From NCBI GenBank assembly GCA_016939375.1, contig JAFGHF010000012.1, positions 1 through 54,833 of the forward strand: a stretch of 54,833 nucleotides of DNA, written 5' to 3'. The notes beneath the pieces are model-generated. The model saw nothing but the letters and a program-made list of their open reading frames with translations, was not told where the DNA came from and made no database searches. Positions 35,653 to 44,833 of this stretch are shown in pieces. The position numbers were made by a program, and so were the translations under genes. Each line of letters starts with the position of its first letter. Within the stretch, counting starts at the first letter, position 1. Source of the stretch: Candidatus Omnitrophota bacterium (lineage in GTDB: Bacteria > Omnitrophota > Gorgyraeia > JAFGHF01).

Positions 35653-38600
35653 TTAAAAATCCACCCATTTACCTGTTGCCTTATCAAAGTATTGCAGCAT
35701 ATCTAAGGGAATGTAGTCCTGACCTTGAGATAAGTCCACTGTCTTACCATCGGGTAAATATTTTTTGCCATTTTTAAAATACTTAACACCCCAACCGTCA
35801 GGTCCTCTTTCAATGAAATGTATCTTATTTTCAAAACCTTTTTTTACTTTGACAGCCTCCCCGCCGCGTCGTGAAGGCCCAACGCCCTCAGCGCTAAAAT
35901 TTATATCTCCGGTGGTCAACTTGCCGTCTGCCTTAACCGCGTTAAAGGCCTCTTGATCCAGCACATGCATGGGAGGCATTTTTTCATTGGTATTGGCATA
36001 ACGTCTCTGTAGCGCCGCGTCGAGCTTCTGACCAGCGACTTCTAGTTCACGAAGCTGTGCATCAGTGATCGGTCTTCCCTTGCTATCAAGAAGCTGGATC
36101 TCCAGTTCGGTTTCTGGTACTTTAGCAGACTTAGCGCCACTACTTTGCGTCTTGGGCTCGACTGCCCGCGTAATCACTGTCTCGGCTTCAGCCTTAGCCG
36201 CTTGCTCGGGAGTCAGATGTTCAGCCATACTGGGAAGTTCAGCTGGAGTAGTTTCAGGTACATTTTTAAATCCAGGTCGCTCAAGGAGCTCCGGTTCAAA
36301 CAAATACATATGGTCCGGATCTATAGTCAATTTTTTGCCTTCGGCTCTAAGTTCGGCTATCTCGGCATCCATCCGGGCTTCTCTTTCTTCTAATGCCCTT
36401 ATTCCTTCTTCTGTGTCTAAATCAATGCGGAATTCTTCGTCAAACGCCGATGCGCCCTTTCTTACGCTTGAGCCTTGAGTCTCAGAGGGACGCATAACAT
36501 CCGTTTCCTGAAGACGAAAGGCATCATCGGCAATGGCCTCAGGAGACTCCATTATTGTGGTCGCATGCTGAGAAACCCCTGTTGCCTCCCTGCCTGCGGT
36601 ACTAGTTGCAGGCTGGCTGATACCCGGCGTCTCTTCCGGACTCAAAGCCGCGGCTGCTTCTCTTGCTGCCTGCGCTGAGGCCGCCCCAGATGGTGGCGTT
36701 GGCGGTGCCGGCGCCAATCTGGGTACTGATTGCGCTAGCCTCCTGGACATGTTTGGAAATAATTTTGGAAAAAGTGCCCTGGTAGCCCGGGCCCCGGCGC
36801 TGCCTACTCCAGCGGCTAAAAGATCAGAACCAGCGCCCGCGGCTATTATCATCTTATCATATCCGATCGCGCTATCGGCGTTTTCTCTTTCCATCAAGGC
36901 AACCTCAAGTATTTGTTCGGCGGCACGGCGCTGTTGGTCAGTCAAGTCCTCTCTTTGTAGATATTGCTGGGCTGCGATAACTTTATTATCCGCCCGCACC
37001 TTGACCCCTTGCTGATAAACCATATCTTCATCCACCATATCAACGGTCATGCCCGTAAAGGATAATTCGCGCAAAGAGGCCTCACCCCAAGAATCCTTTG
37101 CGCTAGCCGCTTCGATCTCTCTTTCTACTCTGGCCCTTGCGTCTGTACCGCCGTAGCTCTCAGCCATAAAGGAGATCTCTTGATGTACTTGATCGCGTAC
37201 CTGTTGATACCTCTCGGCCTGCGCTTTTTCATCTTCGGTAAATTCAAATAAGTGCGCTGTCTGGTCATGATGCTCATCCATCAGATTCTCAAGGCGCGTT
37301 ATTTCTTCTTGGTCGCCGGTGTTATAAGCCCAATCCAACTGTTGCTGCAGTTCGCTGGCTTTGGTCTGCGCCTCCAATCTCTCCAGCTCCAATTTTCTGC
37401 GTTCATCCCTGGCTGTTTGCTGCTCTTGTAGCTTCTGGGCCCGCTTCATCTCATCCTGCTCAAGTTGAGCTAAGCGTTCTTCTAATTGCTGCTGTTGCTG
37501 GAGCTGCCACTGTCTATCCGCCTCTTCCTGGGCCTGGCGCTCAAGCTGCTGTTGGTCCCTTAATGCCTGCATCTGGTTTTTCTCTATTAAACTTCTTTCT
37601 GAATTGCCATATTGCGATTTTGTCGAATCAGGAAGGCTATCCCAATCTTCTCCGCCTAAGACATTGCGGTAATAACGCTCGCCCGCCTCCGGAGGCGTAA
37701 CCCATTTTTCATCAGCGGAGATGACATTGTTCTCTTCATCTACAGTAGTAATCACTTGATTACCTTCCTTGTCTGTGACCACTACCGTCCTTGTGCCATC
37801 ATCGGCAACAGCCGACACCTCGACCTTATTGCCTTTTTCACTATCTACCATCATCGAGCTTCCGTCATTATATTGGGTGATTGAACCTGTGGTGTTTCCT
37901 TGAGGGTCTTTGGCCACGCGGTAAGTATGGCCAGCGGCGGTAGTAGTGGTCTCGACAATATTTCCTTCGGGAGCCTGTTCAACAGTACGCACTGTCCCGT
38001 CATCATACCTAGTAGTAGCTATAGAATTTCCTTCTGGATTGGTCTTTTTTATTGTGGTCACGCCCTCGGCAGTTGTAATGGTCTCAGTTTTATTGCCCGC
38101 GCTGTCTACTTCCATGACATGGTCTGAGCCATCGGAGTCCTGCCATGATTTAGAATGAGTAATATCATGAGTACCGTCGGTATTTTTTCTGCAAGTGGTG
38201 GTAATGCCAGCATCTCTATCATATGAACTGGCGTAAGTCGCTTTTTCATCTTCAGGTGATATTGTCTCCTCTGATAACACAAAACCGTCTTCATCGGTCT
38301 GGGTTATTGTCTTGGAGCCGTCTTCATTGCGTCTGACAGTAGTAGTGGTACGGGCCTGGGGATCATAGGAAGAAGCGCTGGCCATCTTGTCTTTATACGG
38401 TAGGGTCTCACTGGAAATGAGATTTCCGTCTTCATCGTATTGTTTGACCTGCGTGCGGCCATCGGGAAGCTTGGTCATCTCGGTAGTTAAACCATCCTCT
38501 TCCAAAAGCACCATATCCGCCTGGTCCCGGGAAAGCTCCATCTCAGAGATTATCTTTCCTTTATCATCTTTCTCCATCAGCTTTAATGTGCCATCGGGCA

Positions 38601-38895
38601 TCTTGACCAAACTTTTTGTATTTCCGGTATCCGGGTCGGTAAGCTGGGTTATTGTCTGGCCCGGATAGAACTCATCCCGCTCTTGCGCTGGCTGAGTTGC
38701 ATCAGAAGATGCGGGTGAGGCGGGGCTTTGGGCGGGGGCCGGTTGGCTTGAGACACCGCTTCTATTTTTCATCTGGGTCGCCTCCTCCAGCCTCTCTGTA
38801 AGGCTGCCCTGGCCATAGCAAAAATATGCAGGACAAAAACAACAAAAGAATAAAACACCTACTGCACATAACCAGATCAAATTCTTAGCTTTCAT
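35653..38895 (-). CDS. Large secreted repeat protein (polymorphic-toxin-like architecture)
   Basis: Signal peptide, ~320 aa of T..D..G beta-hairpin-like repeats, Q/E-rich coiled coil, Ala/Gly hydrophobic segment, low-complexity linker and a globular C-terminal domain. Confidence 0.75.
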   Translation of the reverse strand: MKAKNLIWLCAVGVLFFCCFCPAYFCYGQGSLTERLEEATQMKNRSGVSSQPAPAQSPASPASSDATQPAQERDEFYPGQTITQLTDPDTGNTKSLVKMPDGTLKLMEKDDKGKIISEMELSRDQADMVLLEEDGLTTEMTKLPDGRTQVKQYDEDGNLISSETLPYKDKMASASSYDPQARTTTTVRRNEDGSKTITQTDEDGFVLSEETISPEDEKATYASSYDRDAGITTTCRKNTDGTHDITHSKSWQDSDGSDHVMEVDSAGNKTETITTAEGVTTIKKTNPEGNSIATTRYDDGTVRTVEQAPEGNIVETTTTAAGHTYRVAKDPQGNTTGSITQYNDGSSMMVDSEKGNKVEVSAVADDGTRTVVVTDKEGNQVITTVDEENNVISADEKWVTPPEAGERYYRNVLGGEDWDSLPDSTKSQYGNSERSLIEKNQMQALRDQQQLERQAQEEADRQWQLQQQQQLEERLAQLEQDEMKRAQKLQEQQTARDERRKLELERLEAQTKASELQQQLDWAYNTGDQEEITRLENLMDEHHDQTAHLFEFTEDEKAQAERYQQVRDQVHQEISFMAESYGGTDARARVEREIEAASAKDSWGEASLRELSFTGMTVDMVDEDMVYQQGVKVRADNKVIAAQQYLQREDLTDQQRRAAEQILEVALMERENADSAIGYDKMIIAAGAGSDLLAAGVGSAGARATRALFPKLFPNMSRRLAQSVPRLAPAPPTPPSGAASAQAAREAAAALSPEETPGISQPATSTAGREATGVSQHATTIMESPEAIADDAFRLQETDVMRPSETQGSSVRKGASAFDEEFRIDLDTEEGIRALEEREARMDAEIAELRAEGKKLTIDPDHMYLFEPELLERPGFKNVPETTPAELPSMAEHLTPEQAAKAEAETVITRAVEPKTQSSGAKSAKVPETELEIQLLDSKGRPITDAQLRELEVAGQKLDAALQRRYANTNEKMPPMHVLDQEAFNAVKADGKLTTGDINFSAEGVGPSRRGGEAVKVKKGFENKIHFIERGPDGWGVKYFKNGKKYLPDGKTVDLSQGQDYIPLDMLQYFDKATGKWVDF

Positions 38896-38911
38896 GATCG
38901 CCCTCTTCTTG

Positions 38912-39346
38912 TTACTGGTTAATCAATCCATCTAACCTATAGATAGTCTCTTTGACCGGCTCAAGTTCAAACTGACCATGCACCAGATAAAAAATAAGTT
39001 TCTCCATATAGAGCTCTCTGATCCAATTAAGCGTATCTAGCGAAACCGTCTGCCGCTGCGCATCCTCGAGCGTATCGATCAGGGCCCTTTCTATTTTAAG
39101 CTCAAGCTCCCGGGCTTCTATTTCGGCCAATTCATGATTCATAAACCTTGCCGGCTGAAAGTGCTCTTTTGCACCACCGCATACCGGACATATCTGGGAA
39201 TTATCTTTGTACTTTTGCGGATACAATACCACGCATTCCTCACAAGGGATTATAGTGCCCTGCTGCGGCTCATCTGTAAAACCCATGCTCATGCCGAGCA
39301 AAGATAATATTACCACCGCCATTATGAATCTATATAAACAATTCAT
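38912..39346 (-). CDS. Exported protein with rubredoxin-like Cys4 site
   Basis: Signal peptide, CEEC...CPVCGG..EHF, helical C-terminus. Confidence 0.7.
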   Translation of the reverse strand: MNCLYRFIMAVVILSLLGMSMGFTDEPQQGTIIPCEECVVLYPQKYKDNSQICPVCGGAKEHFQPARFMNHELAEIEARELELKIERALIDTLEDAQRQTVSLDTLNWIRELYMEKLIFYLVHGQFELEPVKETIYRLDGLINQ

Positions 39347-39353
39347 AAATGGA

Positions 39354-39381
39354 TTGCCTCCGCTACTATATGTGATATAAT
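39354..39381 (+). promoter_or_regulatory. sigma70-like promoter for the MORN-repeat gene
   Basis: TTGCCT (39354-39359), 16 bp, TG-A-TATAAT (39376-39381). Confidence 0.5.
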
Positions 39382-39433
39382 GTTTTATAGGACAACTAGT
39401 ATATTTTACCCCTTAAAATATGGAAAGGCAAGA

Positions 39434-40048
39434 ATGAATAAGAAAGTTAATTTCAGCCTATATCTTGACATGGTCATACTGGCTTTGTTTAGCCTTTGCC
39501 TGACTGCCACAGCCCAGATAGCAAACGGCCCACATAAGACCTACTATGACGATGGCACGCTCAAGACCGAAGCCATCTATGAAGATGGGAAACTAAACGG
39601 AGAAGCCAAGGCATATCATCCTAACGGCCAAATTAAAACAGAGGTTAATTTCAAAGACGGAAAACGCCACGGCCAGAGAAAGGTATATAATGAGTTGGGC
39701 CAGCTGCAAGCCAAAGAAAACTACAACATGGGAGTGCTTGATGACATAAGCTGCTCCTATGTACCGGAAACAGGAAGAATATTTGTGGTCTATCCCTATA
39801 AAAACGGCAAATTACACGGCACGCACACTGTATATTCCCGCCAAGGCCTGGAAGGACAGAAGTTCATTGAAGAAGAATACGTTGAGGGAAAAAAAGAAGG
39901 CCGTAGCGTTATGTTTAACTTAAATGGCACCCTTTCCAAAATCTCGACCTACAAAAACGACCTCCTTGATGGCCCCACCACACATTACGATGAAAAAGGC
40001 TTACCTATCCGCTCGGAGATCTACAAGGAAGGCGTAAAAGTAGAATAA
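39434..40048 (+). CDS. MORN-variant repeat protein (YwqK-like), exported
   Basis: Repeats Y..G.L..E..Y..GKL.G (about 7 copies); signal peptide. Confidence 0.88.
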   Translation: MNKKVNFSLYLDMVILALFSLCLTATAQIANGPHKTYYDDGTLKTEAIYEDGKLNGEAKAYHPNGQIKTEVNFKDGKRHGQRKVYNELGQLQAKENYNMGVLDDISCSYVPETGRIFVVYPYKNGKLHGTHTVYSRQGLEGQKFIEEEYVEGKKEGRSVMFNLNGTLSKISTYKNDLLDGPTTHYDEKGLPIRSEIYKEGVKVE

Positions 40049-40080
40049 AAAAGCCCCAAGGAATCATCCTTGAGGCTTTT
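40047..40080. terminator. Bidirectional intrinsic terminator, related to the CTCAAG palindrome family
   Basis: AAAAGCCCCAAGGA-ATCA-TCCTTGAGGCTTTT between convergent genes. Confidence 0.8.
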
Positions 40081-40099
40081 AAATTTCTAAAAAAGCTAT

Positions 40100-40465
40100 T
40101 TATGCCGCGTAAATAAGCAAACCGCCGATTACCAATGCCGAAATAGCGAAAAGACGAAGAATGCCCGCCGACCTGGAAGAAAGCCATTTAATGCGGTCTT
40201 TCATCTTATCCGGACCAAGCACGATTATGCCTATTCCTTTGAGCAATGCTATAATGCCCATCAGGATCACATACCACCTGACCTGGCAACGGGAAGCGGC
40301 CAATAACATTACAATGCCGAATAGAATGCTTATCACCGCACATACGTAGAGATTATTCTTCTTAACTGCCAGACTCCAGGATTTTTTCATCAGGTCCTGG
40401 CGCACAAAAAACACCACTCCGGCAGCCAAAATAAGAATACCCAAAAGCTTTACCAATGCGACCAT
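40100..40465 (-). CDS. Four-TM hypothetical membrane protein
   Basis: RBS AGGAGG before ATG 40465; four hydrophobic helices. Confidence 0.8.
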   Translation of the reverse strand: MVALVKLLGILILAAGVVFFVRQDLMKKSWSLAVKKNNLYVCAVISILFGIVMLLAASRCQVRWYVILMGIIALLKGIGIIVLGPDKMKDRIKWLSSRSAGILRLFAISALVIGGLLIYAA

Positions 40466-40490
40466 AATCTGACCTCCTTTTCTTACACAA

Positions 40491-40530
40491 ATTATACCCC
40501 TAAAGCCTGGAAATCTCAAGAACTATCTTA
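40491..40530 (-). promoter_or_regulatory. sigma70 promoter with degenerate CTCAAGA palindrome (copy 2)
   Basis: Minus-strand TTGAGA (40519-40514), 17 bp, TATAAT (40496-40491); plus strand CTCAAGA-ACTA-TCTTAAT. Confidence 0.65.
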
Positions 40531-40562
40531 ATGCCTGTTTTTAAAGACGCCCTTGAAATATG

Positions 40563-40591
40563 TTGCCGTTTTCGTCTTTTTGCTGTACAAT
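40563..40591 (+). promoter_or_regulatory. sigma70-like promoter giving a probable leaderless transcript
   Basis: TTGCCG (40563-40568), 17 bp, TACAAT (40586-40591); ATG at 40598 without an SD. Confidence 0.5.
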
Positions 40592-40597
40592 ATTGCC

Positions 40598-41305
40598 ATG
40601 AAAACGAATAGATTCTTTATTATCATAATAACATTTACCATTTTACTCTCACTTTTTCCCCAAATCTCCTATACAGCTCCTACCAACGGCACATATTTTC
40701 CCGAACAAGGAAAGAGCGAAGCGGGTTATGAATATAACTATATGCATAAAAGGCAGCTACGCCGCGATTACGGGGCCTTAAGGATACGCGACCATTTTTA
40801 TGTCTGTTCTGTAGGCGTGTTTGACTGGCTTGCGGTCAATGGAAAAATAGGCTTGGGCGACATAAGGCATACTGACGACATACATCGTCCGCAAATAGAT
40901 TATGAACCCGGCTTTGCCGGAGGATATGGCTTTAGGATTAAGGCCTATGAGGACAAAGAGAAAAAGCTCTCTTTGATTTTTGGGTTTCAGCACATAAGCG
41001 TACACCCGCTTGATGAGGAAATGGAAGAAGATAAGTTCGAGGGAGTCGCTGACGATCAACATGTCTCTGCTATAATAGCCAAGGAATTCACTAACTTCAC
41101 TGCTTATGCAGGGATCAGGGGTGCAGAATGCGATATCATCTATGGAGTGAACGGTCAGGCAAGAAAAAGACGCACTTCTAAAAAGTTCTTTGGCGTGACC
41201 AGCGGTGTAGATATTTATCTATTTGACCATAAAATGCGCTTAAACTTTGAAGGCCGGTTTATTGACGAGACCGCCGTCTCCACTACAATAACCTACCTCT
41301 TTTAA
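40598..41305 (+). CDS. Putative outer-membrane beta-barrel protein
   Basis: Signal peptide, alternating amphipathic strands, C-terminal TITYLF (BAM-type terminal Phe). Confidence 0.7.
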   Translation: MKTNRFFIIIITFTILLSLFPQISYTAPTNGTYFPEQGKSEAGYEYNYMHKRQLRRDYGALRIRDHFYVCSVGVFDWLAVNGKIGLGDIRHTDDIHRPQIDYEPGFAGGYGFRIKAYEDKEKKLSLIFGFQHISVHPLDEEMEEDKFEGVADDQHVSAIIAKEFTNFTAYAGIRGAECDIIYGVNGQARKRRTSKKFFGVTSGVDIYLFDHKMRLNFEGRFIDETAVSTTITYLF

Positions 41306-41316
41306 AAACACTCTCT

Positions 41317-41742
41317 TTAAGTAGACAACCCATAAGAAGGATCCCATATCATAGTCATATCCACAAACTCGACTATTTTAAACCTATCATCATCAGAGAC
41401 CTGGGTAAAAACAATGCCCAGGCGGTATGACCTCTCCCTTAAGGGCATATTGTATCTGACTTCCCCTTCTATCTGCATTGTCCGCGATTGATTATTGAAT
41501 TCATTGTTTAAGGTAAAGCTAATTGAAAGCACAGCCCCTTTAGGGATATTCTTCTCTGTCAAGATAGCCATTCCATCCGCGCTTAAATCTATCATTATCG
41601 AAGAAAACTCCCGGCCCTCAAGCCACATCTCCGTCTCTATATGTTTGGAAAGCTTATAAGTGACGGTAAAGGCTGCTTTTATCCTTTTAGACTTGCGCCT
41701 ATCGGGCCCACTATATACTCCAGCTACAGCTTCGCTCTCCAT
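41317..41742 (-). CDS. PilZ domain (c-di-GMP receptor) protein
   Basis: DRRKSKR (RxxxR) and DLSADG (DxSxxG), GEVRY, LGIVF. Confidence 0.92.
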   Translation of the reverse strand: MESEAVAGVYSGPDRRKSKRIKAAFTVTYKLSKHIETEMWLEGREFSSIMIDLSADGMAILTEKNIPKGAVLSISFTLNNEFNNQSRTMQIEGEVRYNMPLRERSYRLGIVFTQVSDDDRFKIVEFVDMTMIWDPSYGLST

Positions 41743-41755
41743 CTTATCAACCTTT

Positions 41756-43006
41756 CTATATTATAATCTGGTTAGTCCTGCATATCTCGGCATAGCTGCG
41801 GGCGCTGTCCCTGATTGTGCGCTGCTGGCTCTGATAATCGACTTCCACCAGCCCAAAACGGGCCCTGTAACCGTCTGCCCACTCAAAGTTATCCAGCAAA
41901 GACCAGTGCAGATAACCTATTATATCCGCGCCGTCTTCAATAGCTTGGTGTATCTGGACCAAGTGATCGAGAATAAACTTAGCCCGCTTTTTATCTTCTT
42001 TATCGGCCAGTCCATTTTCGGCCACAACAATGGGTATGCCGTATTTTTTCAGTTTGACCAAAGCCTGATATATCCCAAAAGGATATATCTCCCAGCCCAG
42101 ATCAGTTACATCAGCCCTTTTACTCCTACTTTCCCTAAAAAGCTCTTTGGGATTTAAGATATCCAGGCTTGCAAATTCACGAGTATAATAGTTAAGTCCG
42201 ATAAAGTCAATAGTTTTTGCCGAAGACTTAAAGATTTTGGCCATCATATAGTCATTAAAGAAATAATCCTTAAACTTTGCCGCCAACTTATCTAAGATAG
42301 AACCGCCCCTGTAGGGTTGAAAGATCCTGACGTTTTTGGTAAGACCGACATAGGTATTTTTGTCGGGGAACTGCTCGCTTATTTTATGGATAGCAAAATA
42401 TGCCTGGTTGTGCGCCTGAACCATATGCCTTATTATACGGAAAAACTGAAAACCGATATTTTTACCCGGCGGCCAGGTCTTATCAAAATAGCCCTTGTAT
42501 AAAAAGACCATCGGCTCATTAATCGTAAACCAGTAATTGATATGCTCGCCTAATTCCCGGCATACCTTAGTGACATATCTCTGAAAAAGAGAGACTATCT
42601 CCCGGTTCTCAAAACCCCCCATCTCTGATACCCAGATAGGAAGGCAAAAGTGAAAAAGCGTCACCGCGGGGGTCATCCCCCGCTCCTTTAAGGCCAATAT
42701 CACCCTTCGGTAATGCTCAACGGCTTCCTGGTTCCACTCACCGCGCTTGGGCTCTATCCTGCTCCATTCCAAAGAGAAGCGATGCATATTATGGCCCAAC
42801 TCTTTGGCAATATCAAAGTCTTGGTTATAAAGATGGTAATGGTTGCAAGCAAGTGCACAACGCTGGCCGTCGGCTATCCTGCCATCCTGCTGTTCCCAGA
42901 GCCACCAGTCATTGTTGGTATTTGCCCCTTCTACCTGATAGGAAGAAGTGGCCGCTCCCCAGAAAAAGCCTTCCGGAAATATCAGAGCCTTTGTCTTTTT
43001 ATCCAT
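41756..43006 (-). CDS. Glycoside hydrolase family 1 (beta-glucosidase-like)
   Basis: FFWGAATSSYQVEG, RFSLEWSRIEP, TINEP, LNYY, VAENG, WSLLDNFEW. Confidence 0.95.
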   Translation of the reverse strand: MDKKTKALIFPEGFFWGAATSSYQVEGANTNNDWWLWEQQDGRIADGQRCALACNHYHLYNQDFDIAKELGHNMHRFSLEWSRIEPKRGEWNQEAVEHYRRVILALKERGMTPAVTLFHFCLPIWVSEMGGFENREIVSLFQRYVTKVCRELGEHINYWFTINEPMVFLYKGYFDKTWPPGKNIGFQFFRIIRHMVQAHNQAYFAIHKISEQFPDKNTYVGLTKNVRIFQPYRGGSILDKLAAKFKDYFFNDYMMAKIFKSSAKTIDFIGLNYYTREFASLDILNPKELFRESRSKRADVTDLGWEIYPFGIYQALVKLKKYGIPIVVAENGLADKEDKKRAKFILDHLVQIHQAIEDGADIIGYLHWSLLDNFEWADGYRARFGLVEVDYQSQQRTIRDSARSYAEICRTNQIII

Positions 43007-43012
43007 AATCCT

Positions 43013-43423
43013 CTATTGAAACCACAAACCTGTTACTAAGTATTCACCGTCTCTTTTGGAGATCACAAGTTTGATCAATATATCGTCTTCTGTATTATCA
43101 AAATCGCCCTTCCAGAGCACTACCGTCATCTGTCCTTGATCCAAAAATCCAAAATATTCTCTTGATACATATTCTCCGATCGAACTCTCTATCTGGCTGT
43201 CGGTCTGGGCAAATTTCGCCTCCGAGACGGCCTCTTTGAGCGTCTGATCCAAGTGAGTGGAATATTTGACGTAATCATTGTTCTTAAAACCCTCTAAAAT
43301 AGTATCCAATATAGGCTCCGCTACCGCCCGCACCTCTTCATCGCCCCCGCCTATTACATCAGCAAATACAGGCTGCGCAATAATGCAAAACAAGGCTAAG
43401 GAAAAAAACACGATACCCTTCAT
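43013..43423 (-). CDS. Exported protein, DUF3887-like (paralog A2)
   Basis: 136 aa with signal peptide; VLWKGDF...DDILIKLV...GLWFQ. Confidence 0.75.
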   Translation of the reverse strand: MKGIVFFSLALFCIIAQPVFADVIGGGDEEVRAVAEPILDTILEGFKNNDYVKYSTHLDQTLKEAVSEAKFAQTDSQIESSIGEYVSREYFGFLDQGQMTVVLWKGDFDNTEDDILIKLVISKRDGEYLVTGLWFQ

Positions 43424-43442
43424 GAAACACCCCTTCCTGATT

Positions 43443-43853
43443 TTATTGAAACCACATCCCGGCCGCATAATATTTGTCCCCTTTTCTGTTTATCACCAGC
43501 TTGATCAATACATCATCATCGATCTTAGTAAACCGCGCCTTCCAGAGCGCTACCGTCATATTACTCTGATTCAAAAAACCTATATATTCCCGGGAGATAT
43601 ATTTGCCCATTTTTTCCTTGACCTGAGTATTGGCCTGAATATACTTGTCTCTGGTCAAAAGGTCTCTATGTGCTTCATCCGCCTGGCTTAAATACTTCTG
43701 ATAATCGTTTTTCTCTAAACATTCCAAAAGGACTTCCAGGACCGGATTTGCTATTTTCTCGACTTGCTCATCTGCGCCCTCTATCACATCAGCAGATAGA
43801 GGCTGCGCAATAAGGCAAAACAGAGCCGCCAGAAAAACTGCAATATTTCTCAT
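43443..43853 (-). CDS. Exported protein, DUF3887-like (paralog A1)
   Basis: 136 aa with signal peptide; ALWKARF...DDVLIKLV...GMWFQ. Confidence 0.75.
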   Translation of the reverse strand: MRNIAVFLAALFCLIAQPLSADVIEGADEQVEKIANPVLEVLLECLEKNDYQKYLSQADEAHRDLLTRDKYIQANTQVKEKMGKYISREYIGFLNQSNMTVALWKARFTKIDDDVLIKLVINRKGDKYYAAGMWFQ

Positions 43854-43899
43854 AAATTACCCCTTTCTCGCTCAAAAGTAATATTTTTGCGTACCTATA

Positions 43900-43942
43900 A
43901 TTATATCCCTAAAGATAAAAAGCCTCAAGAGTTATCTTGAGA
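43900..43942 (-). promoter_or_regulatory. sigma70 promoter overlapped by CTCAAGA-N4-TCTTGAG palindrome (copy 3)
   Basis: Minus-strand TTGAGG (43928-43923), 17 bp, TATAAT (43905-43900); palindrome at 43924-43941. Confidence 0.7.
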
Positions 43943-44006
43943 GCTAAAAAGGGACACTTTCCTGCTTGAGAGCCAAACACTTTCCCGATTAGGCTGGAAA
44001 GCGTTT
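43936..44006. repeat. Short duplicated motifs plus hairpin
   Basis: CTTGAGAGC at 43936 and 43965; ACACTTTCC at 43954 and 43977; hairpin AAACACTTTCC/GGAAAGCGTTT at 43975-44006. Confidence 0.6.
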
Positions 44007-44028
44007 CTTACACTTACATGCGCTACCC

Positions 44029-44265
44029 CTAAGGTTGTTCCTCAAGCTTTTGCAGTTTCATGCCCACTAGGGCCAGCTCTTCCGTAAACTCCACCACCAA
44101 CCGTCCAAGCATATTTACTTCTGATTTCAAGTCTGCAACTTCTTTCTCAAGGGCGGCCACCTTTTCCTTCAGGACTTCCATATCGTCTCGCGGTCCGATT
44201 GGTGCTGCAGAAACAACTCCCACGATAACACAAAAAGCCAATACCACCAATAACACTTGCTTCAT
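44029..44265 (-). CDS. Small exported coiled-coil protein
   Basis: Signal peptide, heptad LKEKVAALEKEVADLKSEV; RBS AGGAG. Confidence 0.8.
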   Translation of the reverse strand: MKQVLLVVLAFCVIVGVVSAAPIGPRDDMEVLKEKVAALEKEVADLKSEVNMLGRLVVEFTEELALVGMKLQKLEEQP

Positions 44266-44344
44266 ATTCCACTCCTTTTATTGATAGCGTGAATTTTGTA
44301 CCTAAGAAACAGAGAAAACGTTTCTTGTATGTATTTTGATAATC

Positions 44345-44740
44345 TTACTCTATCTCGGGACATATGGTTTCCATGGTCTCTGCGAGTTCTCTGGCATGAT
44401 CTCTATTTTGGATGGAGAAATTCTGCATCGCCATTGTACAATCCATCATCGCCTGAAGGCCCTGACTCTGAGATTCTGTATCAAATTCAGCCTGTGCATC
44501 CGACTCTTGCGCACCCTGTAATATGGCCGACAATTTTTCTATCTCCGCCTTGTGTCTCTGGCCAAATTGCTTTACCTGCGTAATACACATATTGGGATCA
44601 TTCATATTGCTCTCGATGATATCCGCCAAGCCCCCATATATAGTAACCATCATCTCTCCCTGGTCCTGGGCACAGGTTGTAGGCACCAATGAAAACATAC
44701 AGGTAAGTCCGGCAAGAAAAAATATTAAAGACTTTGTCAC
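44345..44740 (-). CDS. Exported helical hypothetical protein (paralog B2)
   Basis: GTG start with GGAGG; IYGGLADIIESNMNDP..C. Confidence 0.8.
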   Translation of the reverse strand: MTKSLIFFLAGLTCMFSLVPTTCAQDQGEMMVTIYGGLADIIESNMNDPNMCITQVKQFGQRHKAEIEKLSAILQGAQESDAQAEFDTESQSQGLQAMMDCTMAMQNFSIQNRDHARELAETMETICPEIE

Positions 44741-44784
44741 CTTGGATACCTCCCCTTTTTGATCTGTTTCAAATAGCCTGATGG

Positions 44785-44816
44785 AAAAAGCGGCAGGAGC
44801 ATGTGTCCTGCCGCTT
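44785..44816 (-). terminator. Intrinsic terminator
   Basis: Minus strand AAGCGGCAGGA-CACATGC-TCCTGCCGCTTTTT after paralog B1. Confidence 0.85.
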
Positions 44817-44833
44817 GTAAAACAACTCTAATA

